NCBI GenBank assembly: GCA_002269645.1
Contig: NIVC01000143.1
Coordinates: 657,153 to 721,152, forward strand
DNA: 64,000 nt
Reading direction: 5' to 3'
Source of the DNA: Macrostomum lignano
Taxonomy: Eukaryota
Part shown: piece by piece, positions 24,960-38,035 of the stretch
How the letters are laid out: each line of letters starts with the position of its first letter
Numbering within the stretch: position 1 is the first letter of the stretch
Notes under the pieces: generated by a model
What the model saw: the letters and a program-made list of their open reading frames with translations, nothing else
The model's database searches: none
Told to the model about the DNA's origin: nothing
Program-made: the position numbers and the translations under genes

Positions 24960-26310
24960 TTAAAAGAGTAGAAAAAGGTGAGAGAAGGGATAAAAAAGAT
25001 AGAAGAAAAAAGGATAGACAATCAAGGGATAAGGATTATGAGAGAGAGAGAGAGAGAAAGAGAGAAGAAGGTGGAGAGAAGTAAAAAAAGTGTAAAAAAG
25101 AAAGGGAAAGAAAAAAGAAAAAGAAAGAGAGACAAGAGAAGCTAAAGGAAAGAATAGAGTTGAGAAAAAGGAGAGAATAGATGAAACATGATAGAGTAAA
25201 GAGGTGAAAAGCCAGGATAGAGTGGTAGAAAAGAAGAGAAGAAAAGAAAAGAAAGATAAGAGAGCAAAGATGGGAAAGATAATGAGACAGGATAAAGAAG
25301 AGAAGGAGAGCCTCCAATCCCAAAGGTACAAACTATTGCAAATACAAAAATATCAAATAATCCCTAACTAATAGAAATACAAACTAATAGCTTGAAGATA
25401 AATTGTTTATAATTATAGATAAGCAAAAATATCCTTTGAATAGAACAGTGTGTTTACTAATATAGATTTTATTTGTTTATTGAAATATATATTTTATATA
25501 GTTATTATTTTATAAATTTTATATGCTGTTATTAAAGACATATAAACATATAGTGCAAAGGCTATTTTGTACTTTATTTTCTTAGGATAAATTGAGTATT
25601 TTACTTTTGTTTTATTATATTCTTGCAACAAGCTGTTGAAACCTGTGGATTTTCAACCCAGGGAATTCCAATCCCCGGAACTACTTTTGCATGTATTCTG
25701 AAATCTAAGGCCATACACAAACAAAAACTTGTTAATAGTTAGTAGGATAGAGGTATACATAAAATGGAGCACATTTGCATAAAATTAGGATTTGAGGCAA
25801 ACACTGATATTGTTGGCTGGGCCGCTGGGGTACTGCGCAGAATGTCAGGCAATGTCTGTCTGACTCTAAAACATGTATGGGCAAACTCTGGCCTCTACCT
25901 GCCTCTCCCTACATCCCTTGGATCCTTTAAAATTTCTATTGTCTCTTCTGTTTCCTCTCTTCTCTCTCGTCCCTTGTCTCTCCTCTCTCATCTCTCCTTC
26001 TCTCGTATCTTCCCTCATCTCTCTTCTCTTTCATCTCTCTTATCTCATCTCGTGTCTCTTCTTTTCTCTCTCCTCTCCTCTCTCCTCTCTACTTTTTCGT
26101 TTTCTCTCTCCTCTCCTCTCTCCTCTCTACTCTTTCGTTTTCTCTCTCCTCTCTCCCATCTTTTGTCGTATCTTCCCTCATCTCTCTTCTCTTTCATATC
26201 TATTATCCACTTATCACATCTCTTCCCTCTTCAGCTCTTCTTTTCTCTCTTCTCTTAACTGTCTCCTCTACTCTCTCATCTCTCCTCTCTACTTGTTCCT
26301 CTCTATAGAC
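24960..26310. repeat. Purine-rich (24960-25320) and pyrimidine-rich (25935-26310) low-complexity tracts
   Basis: Direct reading; the S/L/F-rich ORFs derive from them. Confidence 0.85.
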
Positions 26311-26770
26311 ATAGACACTATAGACACTTATATATTTTAGACACTAAGTTTATATAGAAAACTAACCTTTCTTAATTCTTATGAAACCAAAATTAGTCAA
26401 AAATGGCTGCAACAATTATTTACCCCTGAGTCTCATATTATATTGATAACACAAAATTTCTCATTTGTACACAAAGCAAGAAAATCGTTTACATAGGTTT
26501 AATAATAGTATTATAATGCTGTTTTAACATTCTTATGTTACCTATGCATAGAACTTTAGGTATGTGTGCTCTAGACTTCCTGGAGGGGTTGGAAGCACTA
26601 TTTTCATGTTTAAAAATCCAATTTTATTTGAACACTGTTTTTAAATTTAAAAAGTTATAGCAAGTTTTTTTAATTATTCACATTTTTATCTTGGTCAACC
26701 TATTTGATCGTTTCTAAAAGGCTTTAAAATGTGCTTCAATATCGTTTTTTGTATTCAATTTTATGAAAAC

Positions 26771-27841
26771 ATGTCCAGTTTAGAATCAACTTCTGACAAG
26801 CCTGCTGCCAAAAATAGAGAAAACGATGAGTCATCCAAAATGCTTCCCCTGCCAACAGTAGAGGCATCTGGTACCTCCTCAGCTGCTCCAGCAGCCACAT
26901 CATCATCCCGAGATTTTGCACTATTTGATACAAACTTCGATTTAAACTCGCAGCCAGCCAATTATTTTCGCCAACGCTCCAGCCTAGAAAAGCTTGTGTT
27001 TCAAGCTAGCAGAGAATCCACAGAGAAACTCGATCCGCAGTACAGTATTCGATTGGCATCGAAATTTCCCAAGCTGGTTGGCAATGTTGACGTCATATCT
27101 GCATCTAGGAATGTTAAATCGCTGCTTAAAATGCCTTACTCGCCTGGCAATCACGTATCCTTGATGGTGCATCGAGTTGGCGATTCCCTTCTGCTTGACG
27201 AGTTCGACCTGTTCGCCTTCATGCTTCGTCAGGACTTTGAGAACTGGCACTGGCTGAGGCACTTTGCCGCCAGCAACAACATGGCTGTCAGGCCTACTGG
27301 CTACAAGCGAGACGATGTTAGCAATAAAAGGTTGATGACTAAGTTTCTTTATCATACAGCGTCAGTTTCCGATGAAGCTAGCGGGCAGAGTCGTACATTG
27401 CAGCAACAGCAGCAGCAGCAGCAACAGCAGCAAGTGCCAGCTTCATCTGCTGCATCATCAGCTGACGCCGGCCTTGAAGATCCATTGAAATGTATGGTGT
27501 GGAATTTCGAAAATGTTCGAATGCTATTAGGCACAAATTTGCCAATATTTGGCGGGCCGAAGCATCCCTGCATCAGTGTCAGACTGAGAGACTCGTCTAA
27601 GCCAATCAATGTGCTGACCGGCATTGACTACTGGTTGGATAACATGATCAATGGAGTGCCAGAGCTGGCCATGTGCTATCACTCCAACGGCTTATTCAAA
27701 GGCTTTGACATATTCAGCACGGACAATTTTCCTAGGGTTGCCGGCTTCGATCCGGACTCGGTTCGCGAGATTGCCAGGTCGCTGGTTTGGTTTCTTAAAG
27801 CCAATGCCACTAAGGAAGGGCATACCTATTGGCTGTTTAAG
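26771..27841 (+). CDS. EDRF1: Erythroid differentiation-related factor 1 homolog, exon 1 of 7
   Basis: VDVIS...KSLLKMPYS, VHRVGDSLLLDEFD, NLPIFGG..HP.ISVRLRD..KPINVLTGIDYWLDN, ATKEGHTYWLFK. Donor GTGAGG at 27842. Confidence 0.93.
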
Positions 27842-28529
27842 GTGAGGCTTTTTCAAGTTAAAGACAAACTTTCTGGGTCTCCGGACGGGATACAGAACTA
27901 CACCCGTTAGAGAATTGCTGAAGAGTCATTGCAAACAACTCACTAGCGTGAGGCGACTGCTGAGTCATAAGTGCATCACTTGAGTTGCAGAATCGTAAAA
28001 TAGTCGCGAAAGAGTGTCGTCCAAAAGTCGTTGTGTACGCGCTAAACTTTCTACTGACTTAAGTAGACTAAATAGAGTTATTATAAATGCGTAATGGGAT
28101 AGTGCGATTCCAATTCATAAAGTGACATCGTTTTATAGTCGTCTAGAGTCACTTCTTCCCTAATTTAGCTGTGTTACCTGCAATGCCTGTGAGCCGCAAG
28201 TGACTGATTTTCTTCTTGGCCTTGGTACCGTTTAATACAGCTTTTGTAATCTGGTTTTGATAAAAAGGTTCTACCATTTGCTAGATCTATCTTGTAGGAG
28301 AGGTCAGAGTAACGACCACACGACTCTTATAGTTTGATTCCATGTGCATGGGTAGAATTGTCGTCAGTGTTAGTTGTTGTGGGACGATGTCACCGAAGGC
28401 GTTGCGCCAGGATGCCCACAGCCCCTCGCGCCAAAAAGTGCAATATTTATTCGGGATTTTTTGTCCCAAAATTTTCCGAAAACGGTTGTGATTCAATTTC
28501 AGAAACCCAACCAGTGGCTAACTTAATCC

Positions 28530-28850
28530 CATAATCTCCTATCCATAATCCTCTACTTCCCTAATCCATAATCCATAATCTCCTGATCTATAATACTCTA
28601 TCCCCAATTCCCTAATCCATAATACCCTATCCCTAATAACCTAATCTCCTGATCCATAATACCCTATCCCTAATAACCTAATCTCCTAATCCATAATACC
28701 CTATCCCTAATCACCTAATCTCCTGATCCATTATACCATATCCCTAATCACCTCATCTTCTAATCCATAAGATTCTAATCCTTTATCTTATAATCTCCAA
28801 TCCCTTAATCCATAATCCCCTAATATCCTAATCCCTAATCCCCTATCCAC
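28530..28850. repeat. Degenerate CCCTAAT/CCATAAT minisatellite at the 3' end of EDRF1 intron 1
   Basis: Direct reading. Confidence 0.85.
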
Positions 28851-28852
28851 AG

Positions 28853-29685
28853 GCGCCAAACAGCGACATTGTGAAGCTATACGATCTCACCAGCCTATGC
28901 GAGAATCCAGCTCAGTACACTGGTGGCTCCGCCGCTGATACTGGTCGGACCTCCTCACCCGCCGGTGACAGCAGGCCTTCCAGTCAGGACAGCAGTGATC
29001 GCGGTGGCTGCCCAACAGGTACAGCCGCTGGATCAGGCCAGGATCCTGAGGACAACCCGTTCGCCACGCCGGTCGGCATGCTGTGCTATCGAGTTGCTCG
29101 CAGCTGCTTTGAAGACGCGGACTCGCGCAGTCAGCTGAGTTTGCGGGAGCGTAGTCGACTGCGCCGCCTGTTAGCCTGCTCACTGCAGCTGCTCAATCAG
29201 TCTAGTCAGCATCGCGCTGTGCTGGCCTCTTGTAATCTGCTTTTGTCGGAGTTGCTTCTGTTTGATGGACAACAAGAACGTCTGGAGCTTCAGCACCAGC
29301 GTCGGCAGCAGCGGCAGAATCAGCAGCAGCAGCAGAAGCAGCAACGTATGCGACGTCAGCCTCATCGGCGACCTCATCGACAGGCTCTACTAGCCGTCAC
29401 AGACTCCTCAGTTACCATGGACTTGCGTCAGCTGATGCAGAGTCTGCAATCTGATCAGCCTCCGACTCACAATGAAGAAACGGAAGCTCCGTCCGCTGTA
29501 GAACCGGACAATGATGAAGCTGACGAGGATGATGAAGATGCTGAATCTGGCGGCAGCGGCAGCTCCGACTCAGTTTACTCGACGCCGTTGGCCAGGGCGC
29601 GGGCTTCGCTGAGTCACGCGGTGGCCGCCGCGCGGCTGCTGCTTCTGGCTCCGGCTGGGGCGGCTGCTTGCGGGACGGCCGATGG
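28853..29685 (+). CDS. EDRF1: EDRF1 exon 2
   Basis: Acceptor CCACAG; APNSDIVKLYDL continues the conserved motif. Donor GTGAGT at 29686, phase 2. Confidence 0.85.
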
Positions 29686-29799
29686 GTGAGTTGACAGTCT
29701 GAATGCCAATGTGACAGGCATTGATACGCTGTGGCAGACAGGCGCTGGAACAAACACTTAGACAAGGTTATTTTGTATGCTGTCACGTAGCCATCAACA

Positions 29800-29846
29800 G
29801 GCAGATAGACAGACAGAAAGACAGTCGAACAGACAGACAGACAGAC

Positions 29847-29877
<31 letters not shown>

Positions 29878-29930
29878 GAGACAGACAGGCAGGTAGACAG
29901 ACAGACAGAGAGACAGACAGACAGACAGAC

Positions 29931-29965
<35 letters not shown>

Positions 29966-29990
29966 CAGACATACAGACAGACAGACAGAC

Positions 29991-30025
<35 letters not shown>

Positions 30026-30170
30026 CAGACAGACAGACAGACAGAGAGACAGAGAGACAGACAGACAGACAGACAGACAAGCAGACATACAGGCAGACAG
30101 ACAGACAGACAGACAGACAGAGAGACAGAGAGACAGACAGACAGACAGACAGACAAGCAGACAGACAGGC

Positions 30171-30213
<43 letters not shown>

Positions 30214-30254
30214 GAGACAGACAGACAGACAGACAGAGAGACAGAGAGACAGAC

Positions 30255-30327
<73 letters not shown>

Positions 30328-30336
30328 GAGACAGAC

Positions 30337-30395
<59 letters not shown>

Positions 30396-30420
30396 GAGAC
30401 AGACAGACAGAGAGACAGAT
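29800..30420. repeat. (GACA)n microsatellite in EDRF1 intron 2
   Basis: Direct reading. Confidence 0.97.
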
Positions 30421-30505
30421 ATTATGACACGGGTGCAGAGCAGCAGACAAATGAAAGCTCTCAGTTTTCGTTTTTAAAATCCAAATTTCACATTCAACCA
30501 TGCAG

Positions 30506-30908
30506 CCAATCCAGCCAGGTCATGTCAGACCTGGACGCCATCCCGATGGCCAAGTCTGGCGTGGCGATTCCTCTGCCTCTGCCGTCCACAACGACAGCCG
30601 CGGTTTCCTCGGCAGTGTCGGTGACTGCCGGCGGTTCACTGGGAGAGTTGGCGACCGCCCTGTGCGTTGTTGCCAAGTCCTGTCTGCAGGTAGCTGATCA
30701 TCTTACTGGCGAAGTCTCCGATAGGGACTCCAGCGATAAGACAGAAGAGCAGAAGGAATGTGAGGAAGCTTTGAGTGCGATTTTAAACCGGAATCAATTG
30801 TTGCTGACTTGCTTACGAGTGGCTGCCGCTTCTGTGGGTATTGCTTTGGTGCAGCAGCAATCTGTACAGGCTTCGGCGAGACAGGAATTGGCTAGTTTGG
30901 AACTGCTG
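30506..30908 (+). CDS. EDRF1: EDRF1 exon 3
   Basis: Phase-2 acceptor TGCAG ends at 30505; frame open; donor GTGAGT at 30909, phase 0. Confidence 0.75.
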
Positions 30909-30928
30909 GTGAGTGGCTACAGTTATTC

Positions 30929-31933
30929 ATAGCTTCATCACTGATTGGTTGGTGAGGATTCTGGTAGCTTTATCACTGATTGGTTGGTGAGGGTTCTGGT
31001 AGCATTATCACTGATTGGTTGGTGAGGGTTCTGGTAGCATTATCACTGATTGGTTGGTGAGGGTTCTGGTAGCTTTATCACTGATTGGTTGGTGAGGGTT
31101 CTGGTAGCTTTATCACTGATTGGTTGGTGAGGGTTCTGGTAGCTTTATCACTGATTGGTTGGTGAGGGTTCTGGTAGCATTATCACTGATTGGTTGGTGA
31201 GGGTTCTGGTAGCTTTATCACTGATTGGTTGGTGAGGGTTCTGGTAGCTTCATCACTGATTGGTTGGTGAGGGTTCTGGTAGCATTATCACTGATTGGTT
31301 GGTGAGGGTTCTGGTAGCTTTATCACTGATTGGTTGGTGAGGGTTCTGGTAGCTTCATCACTGATTGGTTGGTGAGGGTTCTAGTAGCTTCATCACTGAT
31401 TGGTTGGTGAGGGTTCTGGTAGCTTTATCACTGATTGGTTGGTGAGGGTTCTGGTAGCTTCATCACTGATTGGTTGGTGAGGGTTCTAGTAGCTTTATCA
31501 CTGATTGGTTGGTGAGGGTTCTGGTAGCTTCATCACTGATTGGTTGGTGAGGGTTCTAGTAGCTTCATCACTGATTGGTTGGTGAGGGTTCTGGTAGCAT
31601 TATCACTGATTGGTTGGTGAGGGTTCTGGTAGCTTTATCACTGATTGGTTGGTGAGGGTTCTGGTAGCTTTATCACTGATTGGTTGGTGAGGGTTCTGGT
31701 AGCTTCATCACTGATTGGTTGGTGAGGGTTCTGGTAGCTTTATCACTGATTGGTTAGTGAGGGTTCTGGTAGCTTTATCACTGATTCGTTGGTGAGGGTT
31801 CTGGTCGCTTTATCACTGATTGGTTGGTGAGGGTTCTGGTAGCTTTATCACTGATTGGTTGCTGAGGGTTCTGGTAGCTTTATCACTGATTGGTTGGTGA
31901 GGGTTCTGGTAGCTTCATCACTGATTGGTTGGT
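30929..31933. repeat. 35-bp minisatellite, about 28 copies, EDRF1 intron 3
   Basis: Unit CTGATTGGTTGGTGAGGGTTCTGGTAGCTTTATCA, very homogeneous. Confidence 0.97.
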
Positions 31934-32058
31934 CGGAGTTCCTTGTACTTTCGATATATTGAGGCTTCTACGCTTTATTGATTTCACCCAGATTTAACGG
32001 AGAGCCTTAATAAATCGCAAATAATAATAATAAATTATGATAATTTTTAACCAATCAG

Positions 32059-32580
32059 ATCGCGGAACGCTCAGCGGACGCCATGATGCAGGTATACCGG
32101 TCTCAGGACAGCTCCAGCAGCCATAATTCCGAGCCGCATCAGCAGCAGCAGCAGCACTCCACCGCAGCCGTGGCATCGAGCTCTGCAGCTGGCAGTCTAG
32201 CGGAGGTTCTCAACGAAGCTGATAAATTACTAAACGAACGGCTGTTGATGTACCTGACAGATTCTGCATCAAATTCTATAGCGATTCGTGCGCACTCAAC
32301 CCTCACCAGCTGGTTGGCAATTCAAGGAGCTGCCAGTGCTGACTGCCTCAGCCAGCTGGTCAGTCTGTACCGCCTGCTCTGCGATCGGTGCAAGCTGCAG
32401 AAACGGCTTCTGCAGTTGAGGGACCGCCTGGCCTCGGCTGTTAACGAGTGGTGCCTGAGAATTCTGGTTGAGGTGAAGCATGGCATGGCGCAGGCAGAGG
32501 CTGACAATGCGACTGGTGATGATGAAGTGTGGAAGAAGATGGAGAAACGATTAGAATCTGCGTTGGACGCTGTGAAACAG
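32059..32580 (+). CDS. EDRF1: EDRF1 exon 4
   Basis: Acceptor AATCAG, 174 open codons, donor GTAAGC at 32581. Confidence 0.78.
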
Positions 32581-32599
32581 GTAAGCGTTGTATCTGTTT

Positions 32600-34335
32600 G
32601 ATTAGATTTAGAATAGTAGAAGATCTACGGCTAGATTAGACTTAAAGTAGATCTACAAAATTAGATTTAGAGTAGTAGATCTACTGCTAGATTAGATATA
32701 GAGTAGATCTTATTGATTAGATTTTGGGAAGATCTACTTTTACATTAGATTTAGAGTAGATCTTCAAGACTAGATTTAGAGGAGATCTAATTTATTATAT
32801 TTAGATTAGATCCACTTCATTTGATTTAGAGTAGATATACTACTAGATTAGATTTAAAGTAGATCTACTGTTAGATTAGATTTTGAGTAGATTTACGAAT
32901 GGATTAGATTTAAAATAGATCTACTAGATTATATTTATATTAGTTCTATATTAGATTTAGAGTAGATATACTATTAGATTCGATTTAGAGTACATCTACT
33001 ACTAGATTTGATTTAGAGTAGATCTATTACTAGATTAGATTTAGAGTACATCTACTACTAGATTTGATTTAGAGTAGATCTATTACTAGATTAGATTTAG
33101 AGTACATCTACTACTAGATTTGATTTAGAGTAGATCTATTACTAGATTAGATTTAGAGTAGATATACTATTAGATTAGATTTAAAGTAGAGCTACTACTG
33201 GGAGCACGAGAAATGCCCGCAGACGAATTGCCCGCCGAGATTTGCCCGCAGGAGATTTGCCCGTGGAGATTTGCCCGCCGAGCTTTTCCCGCGGAGATTT
33301 GCCCGCAGTGCATTTTGCCCGTGAGCGAATTGCCCGTGGAGATTTGCCCGCCGAGAATTGCCCGCCGAGATTTGCCCGCAATGCAATTTTCCCGCGAGTG
33401 AATTGCCCGCGAGCGAATTGCCCGCCGAGTTTTTTCCCGCCGAGGTTTGCCCGCGATCCTTTTTTGCAGCGCATTTGGCAGCTAGATTCTGTCTATACAT
33501 TGCTACCCCCAAAATATGCATTTGATATGCAGTTACTATCAAAAAGTTTTGATCGTGTAAATCTCTTTATTGAGATTAACACGTACTAAGCATGGGAAGG
33601 CAATGCAGACAAAATCTGCCGCGTGGCCAAATGCGCTGCAGGAAAAAAGCATTGCGGGCAAACCTCGGCGGGAAAAAACTCGGCGGGCAATTCGCTCGCG
33701 GGCAATTCACTCGCGGGAAAATTGCATTGCGGGGCAAATCTCGGCGGGCAATTCTCGGCGGGCAAATCTCCACGGGCAATTCGCTCACGGGCAAAATGCA
33801 CTGCGGGCAAATCTCCGCGGGAAAAGCTCGGCGGGCAAATCTCCACGGGCAAATCTCCTGCGGGCAAATCTCGGCGGGCAATTCGTCTGCGGGCAATTCT
33901 CATGGACCCGCTACTACTAGATTAGATTTAGAGTACATCTACTACTAGATTTGATTTAGAGTAGATCTATTACTAGATTAGATTTAGAGTAGATATACTA
34001 TTAGATTAGATTTAAAGTAGAGCTACTACTAGATTAAATTTAGGGTACATCTACTACTAGATTAGATTTAGAGTAGATCTATTACTAGATTAGATTTAGA
34101 GTAGATATACTATTAGATTAGATTTAAAGTAGAGCTACTACTAGATTAGATTTAGAGTACATCTACTACTAGATTTGATTTAGAGTAGATCTATTACTAG
34201 ATTAGATTTAGAGTACATCTACTACTAGATTTGATTTAGAGTAGATCTACTACTAGATTAGATTTAGAGTACATCTACTACTAGATTTGATTTAGAGTAG
34301 ATCTACTACTAGATTAGATTTAGAGTGGGTCTATT
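32600..34335. repeat. About 28-bp AT-rich satellite (ATTAGATTTAGAGTAGATCTACTACTAG) in EDRF1 intron 4, split by a MITE
   Basis: Direct reading; the array resumes after 33918. Confidence 0.93.
33200..33909. mobile_element. Foldback/MULE-like MITE with TTGCCCGC-array arms
   Basis: TIR GGGAGCACGAGAAATGCCCGC versus GGGTCCATGAGAATTGCCCGC. 9-bp TSD GCTACTACT (33191-33199, 33910-33918). About 270-bp inverted arms around a short spacer. Confidence 0.88.
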
Positions 34336-34388
34336 ATTACTAATAGGGCGGACCCATCCTAGAGTTTAATGAATTTAAAAACCCTCAG

Positions 34389-34769
34389 GTGCAGCAGCAG
34401 CCAAGCAGCCGCGCAACAAAGGACGCTGTCTACCTGTTAGCAACTAAAGCGCTGCTCCTCCGAGCTCTAAACGAGTGCCGGCACAGCCGACCAAGGCGGC
34501 TGCACAGTCGGCAACAACAGCAGCAACAGCAGGCGCCGCCAACAGTCAGCTGGGCTGAAATCCAGCTTCACGATGCCGCTATGCAGACCTACCAGGCTGC
34601 TCTGGACCGGCTTGGGCCAAGGAATCAATTGGATGATAGCAGCCAGTCTGACCCCAGCGGCAGTGCATCTGCGCTGTGGGACAATTTAGCATGGCAGAGG
34701 CTGATGGCTCTGGTTGATAAAATTGAAGCCCTTACCACCGCTACGGTTGAAGGATTCAGCGAAGCTGAG
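34389..34769 (+). CDS. EDRF1: EDRF1 exon 5
   Basis: Acceptor CCTCAG, 127 open codons, donor GTATGC at 34770. Confidence 0.78.
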
Positions 34770-34949
34770 GTATGCATGCGTTTCTTGTGCGCCTTTCTTA
34801 ACAATAAATTTCAGTTTGTACTACTTCATAGTAGCAAATATTGGACTGTGCTTTAATGCCCCCCGTGCAAACTTATTAGCAAAAATTAGTCCTATTTTTC
34901 TGTCATTCTGGCTCAAAGAATTAGGGTGCCTTGGATTAGCTCTTCTAGA

Positions 34950-35392
34950 TGGCGCCCTCTCTGTAGCTGGCGCCCCCTCTGTAGCTGGCGCCTCCTCTGT
35001 AGCTGACTCCCCATTCTGTTACTGCCCCCCCCTTCTGTATCTGGCGCCCCCTTCTGTATCTGGCGACCCCTCTGTAGCTGGCGCCCCCTCTGTAGCTGAC
35101 GCCCCTTTCATTATCTGGCGCCCCCTCTGTAGCTGACGCCCCTTTCATTATCTGGCGCCCCCTCTGTAGCTGACGCCCCTTTCATTATCTGGCGCCCCCT
35201 CTGTAGCTGACGCCCCTTTCATTATCTGGCGCCCCTCTGTAGCTGACGCCCCTTTCGTTATCTGGCGCCCCCTCTGTAGCTGGCGCCTCATTCTGTATCT
35301 GCCCCCCTTCTGTATCTGGCGCCCCATTCTGTAGATGGCGCCCCCTCTGTAGATGGCGCCTCCTCTGTACTGTAGCTGGCGCTTCCTCTGTA
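34950..35392. repeat. GGCGCCCCCTCTGTAGCT-type minisatellite, left part (right part at 38241-38447)
   Basis: The same unit family lies on both sides of the 35393-38240 insertion. Confidence 0.9.
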
Positions 35393-35492
35393 CAGTTCAT
35401 ACATGCGCAACTTCTGAAATTACGCTGGCCGTGCGACTTAGTTTTCGATAAAAAATGCGACTTACCTATGAAAGAGCCAAGCAAAAACTTTA

Positions 35493-35556
35493 GGTAAACG
35501 GCAGGAGTAACTATGACCATATTTTTAAAGCTAAATGCCTCGCCAGCTAATTAGTG
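35493..35556 (+). other. 64-bp fragment homologous to 28S rRNA (R2/I-PpoI target region); not an rRNA gene
   Basis: GGTAAACGGCAGGAGTAACTATGAC-CATATTTTTAA-AGCTAAATGCCTCGCCAGCTAATTAGTG aligns without gaps to the conserved GGTAAACGGCGGGAGTAACTATGAC-TCTCTTAAGGT-AGCCAAATGCCTCGTCATCTAATTAGTG. Confidence 0.85.
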
Positions 35557-36705
35557 CTGCGTGCAGATTCCGCGTTTTTATAACAGCTAATCAGTATGTC
35601 ATCTAGTGGCGGCATGAAGCAATTGGTAAATTGTCAGTACAGTGTAGTGAGCATACTACAAAAGTCATGATTCATAAATGTCCAGAAGTAAGTGAAGTGA
35701 ATACAGTGTGACCTATAGCTCAAGAACGATTTGCTAGACGATTTGGCATGGAAGATGAGAGCCCTGATTCAGATGGCTCATCAGATGCAGAATACGAATC
35801 CAGTAGAGATACAAGCTGTGAAAACCCACAGATTTTTAAACCACTGAATTATAATTCCCGGAACTATTTTTGCATAGATTCTAAATTTGAAGTCATGCTC
35901 AAACAAAAACTTGTTAACAGTTAGGAAAAAGGCAAAGATGGGAGTAATGCATGTTAAACTAAGATTTGAGGCCTTTGCAAATTCTCTCCATTCCTCAATC
36001 TTCTCATCCTCTTTTTCTTTTCTCTCTCATCCCTTATCCCTTCTCTCTTTCCTCTCCTCTCTCCTCTCTTTCCTCTCCTCTCCTATCTCTTCTGTCTCCT
36101 CTCTACATTCTTATCTCTCCTCTTGTCTCTCTCCATTCCACTCTACTCTCTCATCTTATCTTCCCTCTCGTCTCTCTCCACTCTACTCTCTCATCTTATC
36201 TCTCCTCTCTTTTCTACTCTCTCATCTCTCCTCTCTTCACTCTCCTCTCATCTCCTCTTTATCCTCTCTTCTCTCATCTACTCTCTCCTCTTTCCTCTTT
36301 CCTCTCTTCTGATCTCATCCATCATCTTTTCTTTCCTCTTTTCTCTCATCTCCTCTTCTCTCTCATCTCTTTTTCCTCCCTCAGCTTTTCTCTCCTCTTC
36401 TATCTTTTCTCCCATCGCATCGCTCGCCTCTCCTCTGTTTGCTTATCTCTAATCTTCTATTCCCTCTACTTTGAAGTAAGAAAATATGCACATATTTTTG
36501 CTGAAGATAAGAGGAGAGAAGAGGGCATTGAGGAGAAAGGGTAGAGAGAAAGGGGGAGAAGAGAGGAGAGTAAAAATGAGAGGAGAGAGAAGAGGGAAAA
36601 GGGGGAGAGAGAGAAGAGGGGAGGCAAGGTAGAGAAGAAGAGAGAGATGAGAGTTGAAGAGACACCAACCTTGCTACTCGTAGTTAGGAAGTTTCAAAGA
36701 ACCCG

Positions 36706-36758
36706 AGGGGCGAGGGCCAGATAGAGGGGCTTCGCGAGCCGGAGTTTGCCAACCCCTG
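36706..36758 (-). mobile_element. Isolated hAT-like terminus
   Basis: Minus strand begins CAGGGGTTGGCAAACTCCGGCTCGCG, a typical hAT MITE end. The partner end was not found. Confidence 0.45.
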
Positions 36759-36899
36759 CTCCAGAGTTTAAGAAATGACGCGGGCTTCTGATTTCAAAGA
36801 TCTTGTCTGTGGTTGAAGGCTTCTATTCTGTTTTTGCTCTCCTGCCACACTTGCACCTACTACCCCCTGATTGCCTCTGATTGTGACTTACTTCCCTCT

Positions 36900-38035
36900 T
36901 ATTGCGACTTAGTTGCTTCTTTTTGCGACTTACCTAATCCTTTTTGCGACTTACTTAATCCTTTTTGCGACTTACCTAATCCTTTTGCGACTTACCTAAC
37001 CCTTTTGCGACTTACCTAATCCTTTTTGCGACTTACTTAATCCTTTTTGCGACTTACTTAATCCTTTTGCGACTTACCTAACCCTTTGCGACTTACCTAA
37101 CCCTTTGTGACTTACCTAATCCTTTTTGCGACTTACCTAATCCTTTTTGCGACTTACTTAATCCTTTTTGCGACTTACCTAATCCTTTTGCGACTTACCT
37201 AACCCTTTTGCGACTTACCTAACCCTTTGCGACTTACCTAACCCTTTGTGACTTACCTAATCCTTTTTGCGACTTACCTAATCCTTTTTGCGACTTACTT
37301 AATCCTTTTTGCGACTTACCTAATCCTTTTGCGACTTACCTAACCCTTTTGCGACTTACCTAATTCTTTTTGCGACTTACTTAATCCTTTTTGCGACTTA
37401 CCTAATCCTTTTTGCGACTTACCTAATCCTTTTTGCGACTTACCTAATCCTTTTTGCGACTTACCTAATCCTTTTTGCGACTTACCTAACCCTTTGTGAC
37501 TTAGCTAATCCTTTTTGCGACTTACCTAACCCTTTGTGACTTACCTAATCCTTTTTGCGACTTATCTAATCCTTTTTGCGACTTACCTAATCCTTTTTGC
37601 GACTTACTTAATCCTTTTGCGACTTACCTAACCCTTTGTGACTTACCTAATCCTTTTTGCGACTTACCTAATCCTTTTTGCGACTTACCTAATCCTTTTG
37701 CGACTTAGCTGATCCTTTTTGTGACTTACCTAATCCTTTTTGCGACTTACCTAATCCTTTTTGGACTTACCTAATCCTTTTTGCGACTTACCTAACCCTT
37801 TTGCGACTTACCTGATTCCTGTTGCGACTTACCTAATCCTTTTTGCGACTTACTTAATCCTTTTTGCGACTTACCTAATCCTTTTTGCGACTTACCTAAT
37901 CCTTTTTGCGACTTACCTAATCCTTTTTGGGACTTACCTAATCCTTTTTGCGACTTACCTAACCCTTTTGCGACTTACCTGATTCCTGTTGCGACTTACC
38001 TGATCCTTTTTGCGACTTACCTGAATATTTTTACA
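36900..38035. repeat. 20/21-bp minisatellite GCGACTTACCTAATCCTTTT(T), about 50 copies, inside the TA-TSD element
   Basis: Direct reading; the core GCGACTTA also occurs near both element ends (35431, 35456, 38164). Confidence 0.95.

Noticed and set aside
30929-31933. CRISPR-like arrays (also 12225-12800, 44340-45105, 51625-51970, 56450-57325)
   Set aside because: Head-to-tail tandem units without unique spacers, eukaryotic context, and no cas genes.
33181-33948. Multiple overlapping ORFs on both strands
   Set aside because: Artefacts of the GC-rich MITE arms.
35493-35556. 28S rRNA gene
   Set aside because: Only 64 bp match; the flanks are not rRNA.
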